A stretch of DNA of 63,206 bases, the filler included, from Guillardia theta CCMP2712 (Eukaryota > Protista > Cryptophyta), in NCBI RefSeq assembly GCF_000315625.1. It is 5 parts of 5 records of this genome, joined end to end, with 100 filler letters (N's around TTAATTAATTAA, not from the genome) between each part and the next. Parts side by side here need not be neighbours in the genome. Positions count along the whole stretch, not along the records: positions 18,805 to 40,654 come from NW_005434570.1; positions 40,755 to 54,522 come from NW_005434476.1; 3 more parts are not named here. One strand, written 5' to 3'. A program made the position numbers and the translations under genes. Shown piece after piece: positions 31,123 to 43,416 of the stretch. Positions within the stretch are counted from its first letter, which is position 1. Each line of letters starts with the position of its first letter. Under the pieces are notes generated by a model. The model had not been told where the DNA came from and searched no databases. It worked only from the letters and a program-made list of their open reading frames with translations.

Positions 31123-34100
31123 CATGGCATTCCGTCACCAGCATCCCCATCCTCCTCCCCTGCCCTGCCCGCCGCCGCCGCTGGCTCCTCCTCCTCCCCT
31201 GTTAGCTCATACTCGCGTGCGCCCTTCCTCCCCTCTCTATCTTCGTCTGTTCTCCTCTCTCTATCACTGGAAACGCCCCCTGATCTCGCCTTGCGCACAA
31301 TGCTCGCTGCGACTGCTTGACTCACGGCACAACTCACGAGGCGTGCATGCACGTCGTATGCCATGTTTCTTTCGTATCTACTCCTGCCAAAATCCTATCC
31401 CCATGGAAATCCCTTTAATCCTCTCCGTTCGCTACTCTTGCTGTCCCGACGTCACTTTCCCGCCGCAACAGTCTTCACATCTGCCCATCAGTCTCTGCCT
31501 GTGCATCTCCGCGTGTGATTGTTCATGTCCGGCCGCATGCTCTGCTCTTCTTATACCTTTCGCTCCTTTGCTTGCAACATGCAAGTCATGGTGAATCGTC
31601 TTCCTCAGGTCATTGCGCCGACTACTCCGGTCTACTGCTCGTTCAGGCGCATCGAGACTGGGTCTGCTCTAGATTCTTGGCGACCCCTTCCTAGTCAAAC
31701 TCCCTAACTGACGGCACTGCATCCTCGGTTACTGCACACTAGAGGATTCGGTCAGCAGAGCTGCCATGCTTACCGCCAGGCCGAATCGCTCCAAGGATGA
31801 GTCGGGGGGGCAGCACTGGACACCGTACAATTGCTCCGGGTGGCCCTATGGCTACTACAGCACGCAGGGTAGGAGGCCGCACATGGAGGATCACTTTCAG
31901 GTGTCTGTGTTGAACACTGCCTTGCATCAGGTAGTTGCAATCGAGTTCGAACTGGGGGGGTGCTGAACCATTTCATGCGCCAAGGGCATCAACTTCTTCG
32001 GGGTGTTCGACGGGCATTCGGGAACTCGATGTGCAGAATTCCTCAAGAAGAATCTTGTTGGATATCTTACAAATTCGATCAGGAAAGTGAACCTGCCACT
32101 TGAGCTGAATTTGTTTGACAGCTGCTGCAGCAATGTGGACTTTAACCAAGTGAACGAATTCAGCAAAGCGATTTCGAACAGCTACCTTGAATGCGACCGA
32201 AATTTTCTGGTGAGGCTCTCAGGTGTGTAGATCAACGTGCATTGACCAATATTTTTGTTGTGCAGGAGATTGCTGTGAACAATCGATGGTTTGACGGGTC
32301 GACTGCAACAACGGTATGTTGTTGTTCTGATGTACTGTACCTTTGTGAAGCCTCTCAACCAAACTGGTGCCAGGCAATCCTTTACCATCAATCTGTTTAT
32401 GTTGCGAACGTTGGAGACTCGAGAACAATACTTGCCCGTCTTGGTCAAGTTGGAAACATGCCCGTACTTATTCCATGTTCTGACGGATCTTCGAAGGCGA
32501 TTCCACTCTCCGACGATCACAAACCGTCCAGGTTTCCTTTCGATTGTGGCAGTTAGCGGGGGAATCCTAACCCTGTTTGATGCAGACCCGATGAACAAGA
32601 ACGAATCATCGCAGCGGGAGGATCGATCATCAAGTAAAGTGACTTCACTCGCTCTCTTGCGCTCAATTCCTTCAGGATCGGCGTACCACGTGTGGATGGG
32701 CTTCTTGCTACCTCGAGATCTTTTGGTGATGGCAGGTGAGCGGTAGCATGCTCTGTGCAGAATGAAGCTGAAAGAAGCTGGATAGCTTGAAGACTAGTAA
32801 CAAGGCAGTGATTGCTGACCCTGAGGTATTTCTCAATAGAGCCAGTAGCCCGCCAGATAGTAACCTTCTTGATAGGTCAAACACTACACTCTCAGTCCAG
32901 GGGATGAAGTCAGAACAATTGATATGCCAACTTGACTTGACGCTGAAGATTGTGTAACAGTACATGATCATGGCGAGCGATGGTGTGTGGGATGTCGTCT
33001 CGAACAAGGTGACATCCAGACTATGCAGCATGACGCAGATCTCACAAACATCTCGCAGCAAGCGGTCGAAATTGCCATAAAACATGAGGACCCACAGAAG
33101 GTCTTGTGTCTTAGCCTCTTCTGATCCATGATGACGTCAGCTCTCCATAGGCATCCAAGGCGATCGTAGAAGAAGCGCTCAAGAAGGGGAGCAACGACAA
33201 CATCACAGTCTTGGTGGTTGACCTGCGATCTACGTTCACCAATAGCCCTCCGAAAAGTCTGCAGGCAATTGTCTCCTCTCCTTGCTCGCTCGTTGCTCGC
33301 TGATGCTGTTCCTGGCAGGCTGTCGAGAAGAAACCGCTCAAGGTCTTGCTGGCGGAGACTCTGCTGTGTGAATGCTGACATCTGAAAGGGGGGAGTGCGT
33401 GAGGAAGACGACGAAGCGGACGTCTTTGAGTGCAAACGCGTACGTCAGATTATGTTGCCTTTCCTTGCTGATGGAATTACGTTCAGCTTGTGGGAGAGAA
33501 GCCTTGCTATGCCGGCTGGCTGTGGAAACGAAAGACAAAGAAGAATGTGAGCGGTTGCTCGCAATGTCTTCTGAGCTCTCACCTTTCTTTCCAGGGCTTC
33601 CTCGACAACTTCACCACAGAGTGGCAGAAGCGATGGTATGAACTCCACAGGTCCTGCCCAGCTCCTGCCCAGCTGCTGAGCTCTGACAACCCAGCAGAGT
33701 CGTAGAGGATAGCAACGAGGAGAGCTCGATGCACGCCAACTGGCAGGTGCAGACAAGAGGTGCAGGAGCGATTCGGTAGCTTATGCCGGTGCTAAGGTCG
33801 TCCACTTCATCCTCGCCTACTACACGGACGACTCGGAAGCCTCGAGGGTCTCTCGTCCTCTTTTCCCTCGGGCTTCTCATCTCGCTCATCATGATGGCAG
33901 GCTAGCATAGCCCCCCGCAAGCCGCTTTCACTGGGTGACCTGCCCTGCCGCCATCCGGCTGAGCCTGACCGTCTGCCCAGATCCAACCTACACGGCGAGG
34001 CGAGAGGCAGCCAACGACTCCAACGGTCGTTACTGTGTGTCAGTCCAGGTGAGCGAGGGAGGGGAGACGGGTGGAGGCAACGGGTGCTGACGCATAAGGG

Positions 34101-34402
34101 GGGGGTGGGGTTCGCCAGGATGCCAAGTCGGGCAAAGTTTATCTGCTGTCGGCGATGAGGTGGGTAATCAGGACGAGGATCGTGGCTCTGATTCATGCCG
34201 CAGCGAGAGCGAGATCAACGGCTGGCTGGATGCTCTCAACAAACTGTTCAAGGTACTCCCTAGCGCCCTCGCGTTGCTTTCTCGCTCCTGTTGCTCACTC
34301 ACACTCGCCTCTACTTCAGGTGCAGGATGCTCCCCATCCTATGAACATGCGCTACTGATCGCAGAAATGACTGTGTATAAGAGGGAAAAAGTTATTCTTT
34401 AA
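31123..34402 (+). CDS. PP2C-family phosphatase with a probable C-terminal PH domain, multi-exon; ends uncertain
   Basis: QGRRPHMEDH; FFGVFDGHSG; DGSTAT; YVANVGDSR; LSDDHKP; LATSRSFGD; IMASDGVWDVV; GSNDNITVLVVDL. Then AGWLWKRK..WQKRWYEL..SESEINGWLDALNK (PH). Confidence 0.85.
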
Positions 34403-35674
34403 CATTGAATGATACAAACTTGAAACTTGATCGAACCGTCACTTGCCAAGGGCCGCGGCCCGCAAACCATTGAACAGTGGCCGTGCGTCGAGGCCAGGCG
34501 GCCCTTTACCCGGCCCGGCGCTGAGTTACTTTGAAGTTGATCTCACAGAGCTGACGTCGGACCGTACCGGGTCAACTTCAAAGCTTGAAATCGCCGCCGG
34601 GCGGCCGCCGGTTCAGTTCCGAGCCTAGTTCGGAATCCCCGGGCCCGGACTACTACTGGATGAACTCGGACTTGAGTAAAAAGTTTTGACCGCTAGGTTC
34701 CGGCGGGATCATCCCGGTTCTGATCGGAATGTTGTACCGTAAGTTTTACTCTACTAGCCTATCTGCCGGTATACATTTGACCTGCCTTGAGCGAGCGGAA
34801 ACAGCCGGTCGGGCGGGGGGGGTGCACGAGATATGCTGACGGTGACCGACCGACTGTCTTGTGGTGGAAAGGTGCTGTTTTACTGATAAGCAGGAGCAAC
34901 GTCGACCTCGAATTATTCCATATCGAGAGTTTTCGAGAAGCACATTCCTCATGCTGCATAACTATCCTTCAACATATAACGTTTCAGGTCCGATCCGCGA
35001 TGGCTGACAACTTTACTACACTTGCGCTGACATGGGAATATTATAACCCCTACACAAAACGGTCTTAGATATACCTTGGGAGTAATGGGGGTATTTTACC
35101 ATCAAAGAGAGGGGTAGAGGTGCTACTTCGAATGAGTACAGTCGGGGGTGAGGGTGGCCGCGAGGGAAATCAAGGTTAAAACAGATCCGAATCGTCCTCT
35201 CGCTAGATATCGTGCTCGACCTCGTCTGCTTCGGCTCCTCCTCCTGTTGTGATCGTCGACTCTCGTCTGCGCTCCTACTTGAGACCATCGTATATCCTCC
35301 TATTTCTCTCTTCTCTCTCACCTCTTCTAGAATGCAAACAAACAGCAAAGCGCCCAAGGTATCCGTTACCATAGTGTACGAAAACTTTTGGCTAGAATCT
35401 CATTCGAAGCGAAATCTCAGACGCGCCAGTCGCAGACAGCAAGCCAACGAGGATATTTGCAACCAGATTGCTGCGCAAACAGACATGCTTCTTCAGAGTG
35501 TGCGAGCAGCGAGTTCAAAACGAAGCGCAAGAACTACTGTAGTTCTGTCGTCGAAATGGAGCAAGTATATCAATGTTAATATGATGTCACAATTAGATTT
35601 TGAGATCTGAAGAAATAAACCACTTCTTACACCTTGCGAGAGTGTAGATATGAAGTTTATTTTAACACCAACAC

Positions 35675-36308
35675 ATCGCCTTCGAAGATCCGTCAGAACA
35701 TGGAATAAGCACGGGCATGTTTCCAACTTGACCAAGACGGGCAAGTATTGTTCTCGAGTCTCCAACGTTCGCAACATAAACAGATTGATGGTAAAGGATT
35801 GCCTGGCACCAGTTTGGTTGAGAGGCTTCACAAAGGTACAGTACATCAGAACAACAACATACCGTTGTTGCAGTCGACCCGTCAAACCATCGATTGTTCA
35901 CAGCAATCTCCTGCACAACAAAAATATTGGTCAATGCACGTTGATCTTCACACCTGAGAGCCTCACCAGAAAATTTCGGTCGCATTCAAGGTAGCTGTTC
36001 GAAATCGCTTTGCTGAATTCGTTCACTTGGTTAAAGTCCACATTGCTGCAGCAGCTGTCAAACAAATTCAGCTCAAGTGGCAGGTTCACTTTCCTGATCG
36101 AATTTGTAAGATATCCAACAAGATTCTTCTTGAGGAATTCTGCACATCGAGTTCCCGAATGCCCGTCGAACACCCCGAAGAAGTTGATGCCCTTGGCGCA
36201 TGAAATGGTTCAGCACCCCCCCAGTTCGAACTCGATTGCAACTACCTGATGCAAGGCAGTGTTCAACACAGACACCTGAAAGTGATCCTCCATGTGCGGT
36301 CTCCTACC
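35675..36308 (-). repeat. Inverted, intron-containing, near-identical copy of PP2C segment ~31868-32501, flanked by direct repeat ACCAACACA (35667-35675 and 36306-36314)
   Basis: Reverse-complement identity with about three substitutions seen; mirrored ORFs in the track. Confidence 0.93.
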
Positions 36309-36883
36309 AACACACTATCGGTTCTTGGCACACACACAGCAAGGGAAAGGACAGACCATCTTAGAATTTGTGCATGATCTACTTTTCTGGTTGAGGGGAA
36401 CCACTAGCCTGAGTGGTCACGTGAGGCTCCTCACGTTCGAGCGAGCATCCCTCGTGCGTTCGCTTAGGTCTGCTGCCTGCTCCTCCTCGAGGTCCAATCG
36501 TACGGAAGGCTGCCAAGCACTCGAAACTCACCGCTGAGTCTCTTTACTCAAAGTTAAGTCACTGAGCTGTGCATGTAGCAGTCGAGCTTCCGAAAGTTCA
36601 GACGGACGGTCCAGCCCCGCCGGACCGGCCGGGCCCAGACGGTGACCGTCCGACACGGTGACCGTGCTGTCCGAGCCGTCCGATCGGCGATCGGACTCGT
36701 GACAGCGGCGGCCGGGCCGGGTGTAGTGATCTCTGAGGCGGGTATGTTTTTGAACACACTTGCGATCCATGCCAGGATGAGGCNNNNNNNNNNNNNNNNN
36801 NNNNNNNNNNNNNNNNNNNNNNNNNNNNNNNNNNNNNNNNNNNNNNNNNNNNNNNNNNNNNNNNNNNNNNNNNNNNNNNNNNN

Positions 36884-37688
36884 TCCCTTCCCTACAGGAG
36901 TATGAGGGCGATCGCGGTGCTCATTCCCTCCTCACCTTCGCCAACTCCATCGGGTCAGCAGCTCTGGAGGCTACAGGAGGCAAGAAGGGCGCGGCAGCAG
37001 GAGCAACAGCAGGAGCAGCGGCGGCGGCAGGAGCAGCAGGAGCAGGAGGAGCGAAGTCGCAAGTAGAAGCTTACAACAAGGCCTGCCAGCAGAGATATGG
37101 AGAGTTTGCTGAGTTTGATGGTAAGGAGGTGGGAAGGCAGGCAGGCAGGCAGGCAGGGAAGGAGGGAGGGAGGGAGGGAGGGAGGGAGGGAGGGAGGGAG
37201 GGAGGGAGGGAGGGAGGGAGGGAGGGAGGAGGAACGAGGGAGGGAGGGAGGGAGGGAGGGAGGGAGGAGGAAGCAGGTGTCAATGAGGTTGTGTCAGTAA
37301 TCGTCGAGAGCTCAATCGCCTGGGATCAACGACCTGGTCTCTCATCTGGATTCTCACGGGGGTGAGAAGTGGAGGGGGGGAGGAGAGGAGAGGAGAGTTC
37401 CTGAGGTTCCAGGCAGCTCTCCTACTGCATCTACTGCTTCCACTACATCTTCGTTGAAGATGACGACGGAGAAGTCTTGAAGTTCCAGCATGTCAGTCAG
37501 ACTCCCCGCCCCTGCTCATGTGACGATTGCTTCCTCCTAGGACTCGTTCGCGTCCGAGGCTGAGTTCATCCTACCTGGCATGTCGCAGGTACTTCTGCTC
37601 GTGGTTGAGACTTGACGAGCTGACTTGGAAGGCAGCAGGGTGACAGTCTAGAGGAGAGATTGAAGCGATGGCCGGAGGAGGTACAGCA

Positions 37689-37731
<43 letters not shown>

Positions 37732-39425
37732 GCTGTCTAATCTCACCAACGCCACTTTTAGGATTCGTCAACTCCGCTGGTCATTGTGGAAAATCCTGGA
37801 AGCTCCTTGCGGCTGCTGAAGGAAAGTGGAGGGGGGAGGAGAGAGGAAGCAGAGATTTGCGGGAGGACGGGCGGGGCGGGGGGAAGTGAAATAGGAGAGA
37901 AACAAACAGAAGGAGAGTGAGAACGAATATGTGAGTGTGCGTGCGTGGAGCAGGAGGAGGAGGGAAAGGTGTAAAGATGTATTTTATGATCCTCGCGTGC
38001 TCCAACAGGCTGCGAGGACTTCAAAGATTCTTCCTGCAAGGCATGCCACTCTCCTCAGGTCTGAGATGTTCTCTTCTCCTTCTTGCCTCTACCCTCCCTT
38101 TCCCTCCATACCCTCCTGTCCTCCTGCTCTTTCCGATCCCCATTCCCTCCCGTACTCAATTCTCCTGCTCCTCCTCCCTATCCCCCTCCTCCCTCTCCCT
38201 CCTCTCTTTCTATCTCCTGCCTCCTTCCTCCTCTGTTTCAATACTCCTCCTCCTCCTCTGTCCCTCCCCCCCTCTTCTTTCCTATCCCCGCTTGTGGCTC
38301 TTGTCCTCTCTGCCCCTGCTCACGTTGATCGTCGCCCTCTTTCCTGCAGCATCAACGGGGACGGCAACCTTCTGCTTCCTCCCCCGCAGAATGTTCTGGA
38401 CGGACTAGCAGACGGCGGGGTGGAGGGACAGGACAAGGAGGACGAGCACAGAGGTAGCGAGGGGAGGGGGGGGGGGAGGAGGAGGATGAGGGGATGAGCA
38501 GGTCAGGACCTCGTGCCTCGAGCAACTTTCGGGCTGGCGTCTGTGATGAGGTGAAGGAGAGAGGAAAACGAAGCAGACGTAGAGATATTGGGGGCGCCTG
38601 GCCAGGAGGAGAAAATAAGGAGGAGGAGGAGGAAAAGGTGGTGGTGGTGTGGTGGTGATGATGATGTGGTGGTGGTGGAAGAGGAAGAGGAAGAGGAGGA
38701 GGGAAGGTGAGTGTTGTGGGTTTTGACTGTTTTCAATGCGTGCAGTGGCATTGTCGATCGCCTTTTCCTCGTCACTCCTGCTACTGACCTTCGCGAGCTG
38801 CTTCTGATGAAAGGTTCCTCCTCCTCCCTCCTCCCCCCTCCTCCTCCTCCTCCTCCTCCTCCTCTGCTGCTGCTGCTGCTGCCACATCCCCATCTCCCTC
38901 CTCTCCCTCCTCTGCCTCTTCTCGTTTGCTGCTCCCCCTACCCCTACCCCTTCTCCTTCTCCTTCTCCTTCCCTTCTACCTCCCGCTCTCCCTCCCTGAC
39001 CTCCCATCATCTCTTCCTCTCCCCACCCTGCTTCACACGAGCTTGCAGGCAAGGATGTCACATTCAAACACATCGTCCGAACAGAGCCAGAGCAAGAATC
39101 CTGCAACGCGTCCTTCTCCTCCTCCTCCTCCTCCTCCTTCTCCTCCTCCTCCTCCTTCAACTTGCTGGAGGTTGGCCAGCCTTTCTTTGTCCTCTGCCTG
39201 ATCCACGCGTTTAGTTCAACTTCTCCTCCTCGTCGAGCCTCCACGTGAACGAGAGGGAGGAGGAGAGGGGAGAATACAAGACCTTCGCTCTCACTGGAGA
39301 CTTTGCCATCCCCCTCGGTGAGGAGACGAGACAGACTCTCCTCCTCGCTGCTGCCTCACTCGATTGCAGACGCTGACAAGCAGAAGCACCCGCTGGCAGG
39401 CATCGACGTTGTGAGGGTACGAATA

Positions 39426-39464
<39 letters not shown>

Positions 39465-40560
39465 CATCATCATCATCATAATCATCTCCTCCTCCTCCTT
39501 GAAATTCGCACGCTGTGCATCTGTGTTCCTTCCTCTCGCTCCTTACTCTCTGACTTTCCCTCAAGATCAACACCTCCGTCTCTCTCCTCCAGCAACGGTC
39601 CTCACCGCGCTCTGCTTCTTCGGCCTGCTGCAACGGCTGCAAGGTTGTCGAGCGAGCACTGGGAGGGAGGAGGAGGATGACGCTGGGGCAGGTGAAGAGC
39701 GCGGGGGAGGGAGGGGAAGGAGTGCAGCGTCGAAGTTTCAGCTCGTGGAAAGGAGAGCTAGCGGACGCGGACAATGAGAAGGAAGTGCTCTATGACGCCA
39801 GACAGGTCTACCCCAAGATCCCTCCTCCTCATGCTGCTACTTCTACTGCTGCTGCTGCGGCTCCTCCTCCTCTTCTTCGCCTTCTTCTATCTTGTCAACC
39901 TTGTGCTCCTCTGGCTGAGATTTTTCTCAGCTCATCGACGCCATGATCCCTCTAGGGCCCTACGTCCTTGCTTTTGACCTCTCCTACTTCAGGTGCCGAT
40001 CCGCATCCACTACCACCTCCCAACCCCTCCACCCCACCTTCCTCCCTCGCTTTTCCTTTCCTTTCCTCACCCCCTCCCGCTTCCCTCCTTCCTCTTCTCT
40101 CCTGTTCTCCCCCTACCCTTCCTCATTCCTCTTCTTCTCCTCTTCATCTCATCTCATCTCATCTCATCTCATCTCATCTCATCTCATCTCATCTCATCTC
40201 ATCTCATCTCATCTCATCTCATCTCATCTCATCTCATCTCATCTCATCTCATCTCATCTCATCTCATCTCATCTCTTTTCTCTCTCCTACTTGCATTCTT
40301 ACCATCTCCCAGCAATCGCTTTCAGAGTCTCGACCCAGCAGACGAGTGCATGTGGCTCCTCCACGTATCCTGATTCCCCCCCCTCCCCCTCCTTCCCATC
40401 CCTCTTTCTCGTTCCTCTCCCCTTCTTCTTCTTCCTTTCCCTTCCCTATCCTCCTCTTGCCATCTTCATCCCATCCCCCCCGCTCCCCCCTCACTTCTCC
40501 TTCCTCTCATCCTCTTTTTGTCCTCTACTGTGCAGGAAGAGCAGGCAAGGAAGTGTGTAC
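36884..40560 (+). CDS. Probable intron-rich gene(s) of unknown function
   Basis: Short balanced-composition blocks bounded by AG/GT between microsatellite-filled introns; no family recognised. Confidence 0.35.
40145..40275. repeat. (CATCT)n microsatellite
   Basis: Direct reading. Confidence 0.95.
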
Positions 40561-40654
40561 TTCCTCTTGCCAACGACGACAGCATGCCAGCAGCAGGTTG
40601 CTCTCCCTCCACTCCTGAGCTCTTTCCCTGTTGTTGCCGTTTCCTGCTCTCTGT

Positions 40655-40754
40655 NNNNNNNNNNNNNNNNNNNNNNNNNNNNNNNNNNNNNNNNNNNNTT
40701 AATTAATTAANNNNNNNNNNNNNNNNNNNNNNNNNNNNNNNNNNNNNNNNNNNN
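40655..40754. other. Artificial scaffold linker
   Basis: N44-TTAATTAATTAA-N44. Confidence 0.97.
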
Positions 40755-40872
40755 CCTTAGCAATACCGATCGCTGTACATCCGCAACCAGATCCGATCTC
40801 AACGACTTCTCGTCCGTCGGCCCCCATCATCTTTCTTGCCCAGAACATCATCACCCTGAGACAACACAATAC

Positions 40873-40954
40873 TGAGCAGCAGCCGGAGCTGCAGGAGCTG
40901 CAGCAGCAGCAGCAGGGGCAGCAGCAGGAGCAGCAGGAGCAGCATCAGCAGGGG

Positions 40955-40987
<33 letters not shown>

Positions 40988-41181
40988 GGGCAGCAGCAGG
41001 GGCAGGGGCAGGAGCAGCAGCAGCAGCAGGGGCAGCAGCAGGAGCAGGGGCAGCAGCAGGAGCAGGGGCAGCAGCAGGAGCAGCAGGAGCAGCATCAGCA
41101 GGAGCAGGAGCAGCAGCAGCAGCAGCAGGGGCAGGGGCAGGAGCAGCAGCAGGAGCAGCAGCAGGAGCAGCAGGAGCAGCA

Positions 41182-41230
<49 letters not shown>
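40873..41230. repeat. Degenerate (GCA/GGA/GGG) triplet repeat
   Basis: Direct reading; could encode an Ala/Pro- or Gln-rich tract, but no frame is supported. Confidence 0.85.
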
Positions 41231-41231
<1 letters not shown>

Positions 41232-42217
41232 GTGCCAGTGCCTTTTGTCCTCCTCACCTCCCCGCCGGCCACAGGGAGCATCCGATAGGAGGAGGCTGCC
41301 TCTTGACTCGCAGCAACAGCTCCTCCTCCTCCCCTTCCCCCCACACACGTCACACATCTCCACAGCAAGGAGCAGCTGATCTCTGACCTGCTGCAGACGT
41401 TCTCAACACAACATCCTTCCACGGAAAGCAAGCTGTCCTTCACACAGTCAACCACGATGGTCATTGCAGCTTGCTTCTCACCTGTGTACCCGCTCCACAG
41501 CAACCCACTGCAGCTGGCAGCGAGGGAGGAGGCATAGAGGAAGATGGTGACTCCTCCTCTTCCACTGCTCGTCGTCGACAGCTGCCGGAGGGAAGAGAAC
41601 GCGCTGACCTTGATGATACGATACGATCTCCAGCTAACCAGTATCCCTTGCATGTTCTACACAACAGTGTTACAGGAGAGGAGGAAACGCAGGGCTACGA
41701 CGGGGAGAAGGAGAAGGGGAGGAGCGACAAGGATTTCAGTCCTGATCTCCCTTCCTCTCCCCGTTTTTTCACGCTTCACGTCCTCGAGTTAGTCTCTCCG
41801 TCCTCTCACTTCGTCTAGCTCTTCGTTTCCGCCTTTCTCTTTCTCCTCTCTTCTCCTGTCCTTACCTCGTCTTCATGATGCTGCTCCTTTCTCTCCATGT
41901 TTTCAGATGGATGATCCAATCAACGCATTATCTACAACTCGTTGCAAAGATTTTCTCCACGACCTCTCTGAACCACGATGAAAGTTTCATCTCACAATCG
42001 TTCTATTCCTCTTCCAACAACAGCAACCCAACCAACTTCAGATGCTCTCTCATGCTCTCTGATCAATCATGTTCCTCTCTTGTTATTCTACAATCACATG
42101 ATATATCTCGACATCGACGCCACCGCTACTCCCCTCCTCCCCTCCCCCCCCCCCCCGCGACCGTTGCGTCCCTTCAGTCGCTCATTGAGCTCCGGCAATG
42201 AGAGGCTGCAAGGTATC

Positions 42218-42719
42218 TGTAAGAACTCAGGTTCTGACAAACCTCTCAGAAGTTCTTTCAGACGCGATAAGTTCAAGGGATGCGTCTAATCAGGTTGTGA
42301 ACCAAGTGAAGCCTGCAGTTCCAAGCTAGTGGGCTGGAGCTTAGTCTGTGACTTAGAAGATCCGGTTGGTTGGAGCCTGGGGAAGCTGAGGCGGCGCCGG
42401 AGGAATCAAGAGGCGCCGGCTGTCGAAGAGGCAGCACTCGTACAGTGGTGGAAGTAAGGCGGTGGNNNNNNNNNNNNNNNNNNNNNNNNNNNNNNNNNNN
42501 NNNNNNNNNNNNNNNNNNNNNNNNNNNNNNNNNNNNNNNNNNNNNNNNNNNNNNNNNNNNNNNNNTGAGGTGTTTGGTTGGCTGTGAAAGTCATTGGTGT
42601 CTTCATGCGCACATCATCTGTGAGTCTTGGTCTTTGGACTTATCAGTCAGCTGTTGAGCTGTTCTACTAGTCATTCATCTGTGCACAGACTCTAGGAGTC
42701 AGGAATTGATTCCAATACA
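42218..42719 (+). repeat. 5' LTR (contains an assembly gap)
   Basis: TGTAAGAACTCAGG...TTCCAATACA; matches the 3' LTR with few substitutions. Confidence 0.93.
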
Positions 42720-43416
42720 AAAAGAAAATTTTCTTTTTGTATTCACGAACAAAGGAANNNNNNNNNNNNNNNNNNNNNNNNNNNNNNNNNNNNNNNNNNN
42801 NNNNNNNNNNNNNNNNNNNNNNNNNNNNNNNNNNNNNNNNNNNNNNNNNNNNNNNNNAGACTCTACGATAAGATTCCAAGGACAACGAGTTAAAGGGCTC
42901 TTGGTCTTTGTGCGTCGAATTGACAACGAGTTTGAAGGCTCTTTAAGGCTCCTGGTTGTTGTACTGTACGCTGTTACTCATTTTTTTTTGNNNNNNNNNN
43001 NNNNNNNNNNNNNNNNNNNNNNNNNNNNNNNNNNNNNNNNNNNNNNNNNNNNNNNNNNNNNNNNNNNNNNNNNNNNNNNNNNNNNNNNNNCGGTATTGGT
43101 AACTCCAAGTTGACGATCATGAGCATGCCAGATCTGCAAGAGGAGTTGAAACGAAGCCATGGTGATGTTCAGGTCGACAAGCTGAAGCGCATGGGAAGGT
43201 TACCTCCAAGGAAAAACTCGAGGACCTGTTCCTTCCTTTCTCAGGTGCCATGAGTCGTTTTCGTCCGAATCTTGGGGCTTGTTTCTTAAAACTGTTGGAC
43301 TTGTTTCCGATTGACGAGACTGGATCGTTTGTTGGAGAATTGGGATACGACATGACAAAATTCCAGAGTACTCTCAGGTCTACAATGCGTTCGCTGAACG
43401 TGGAATCAGAAGCGTA

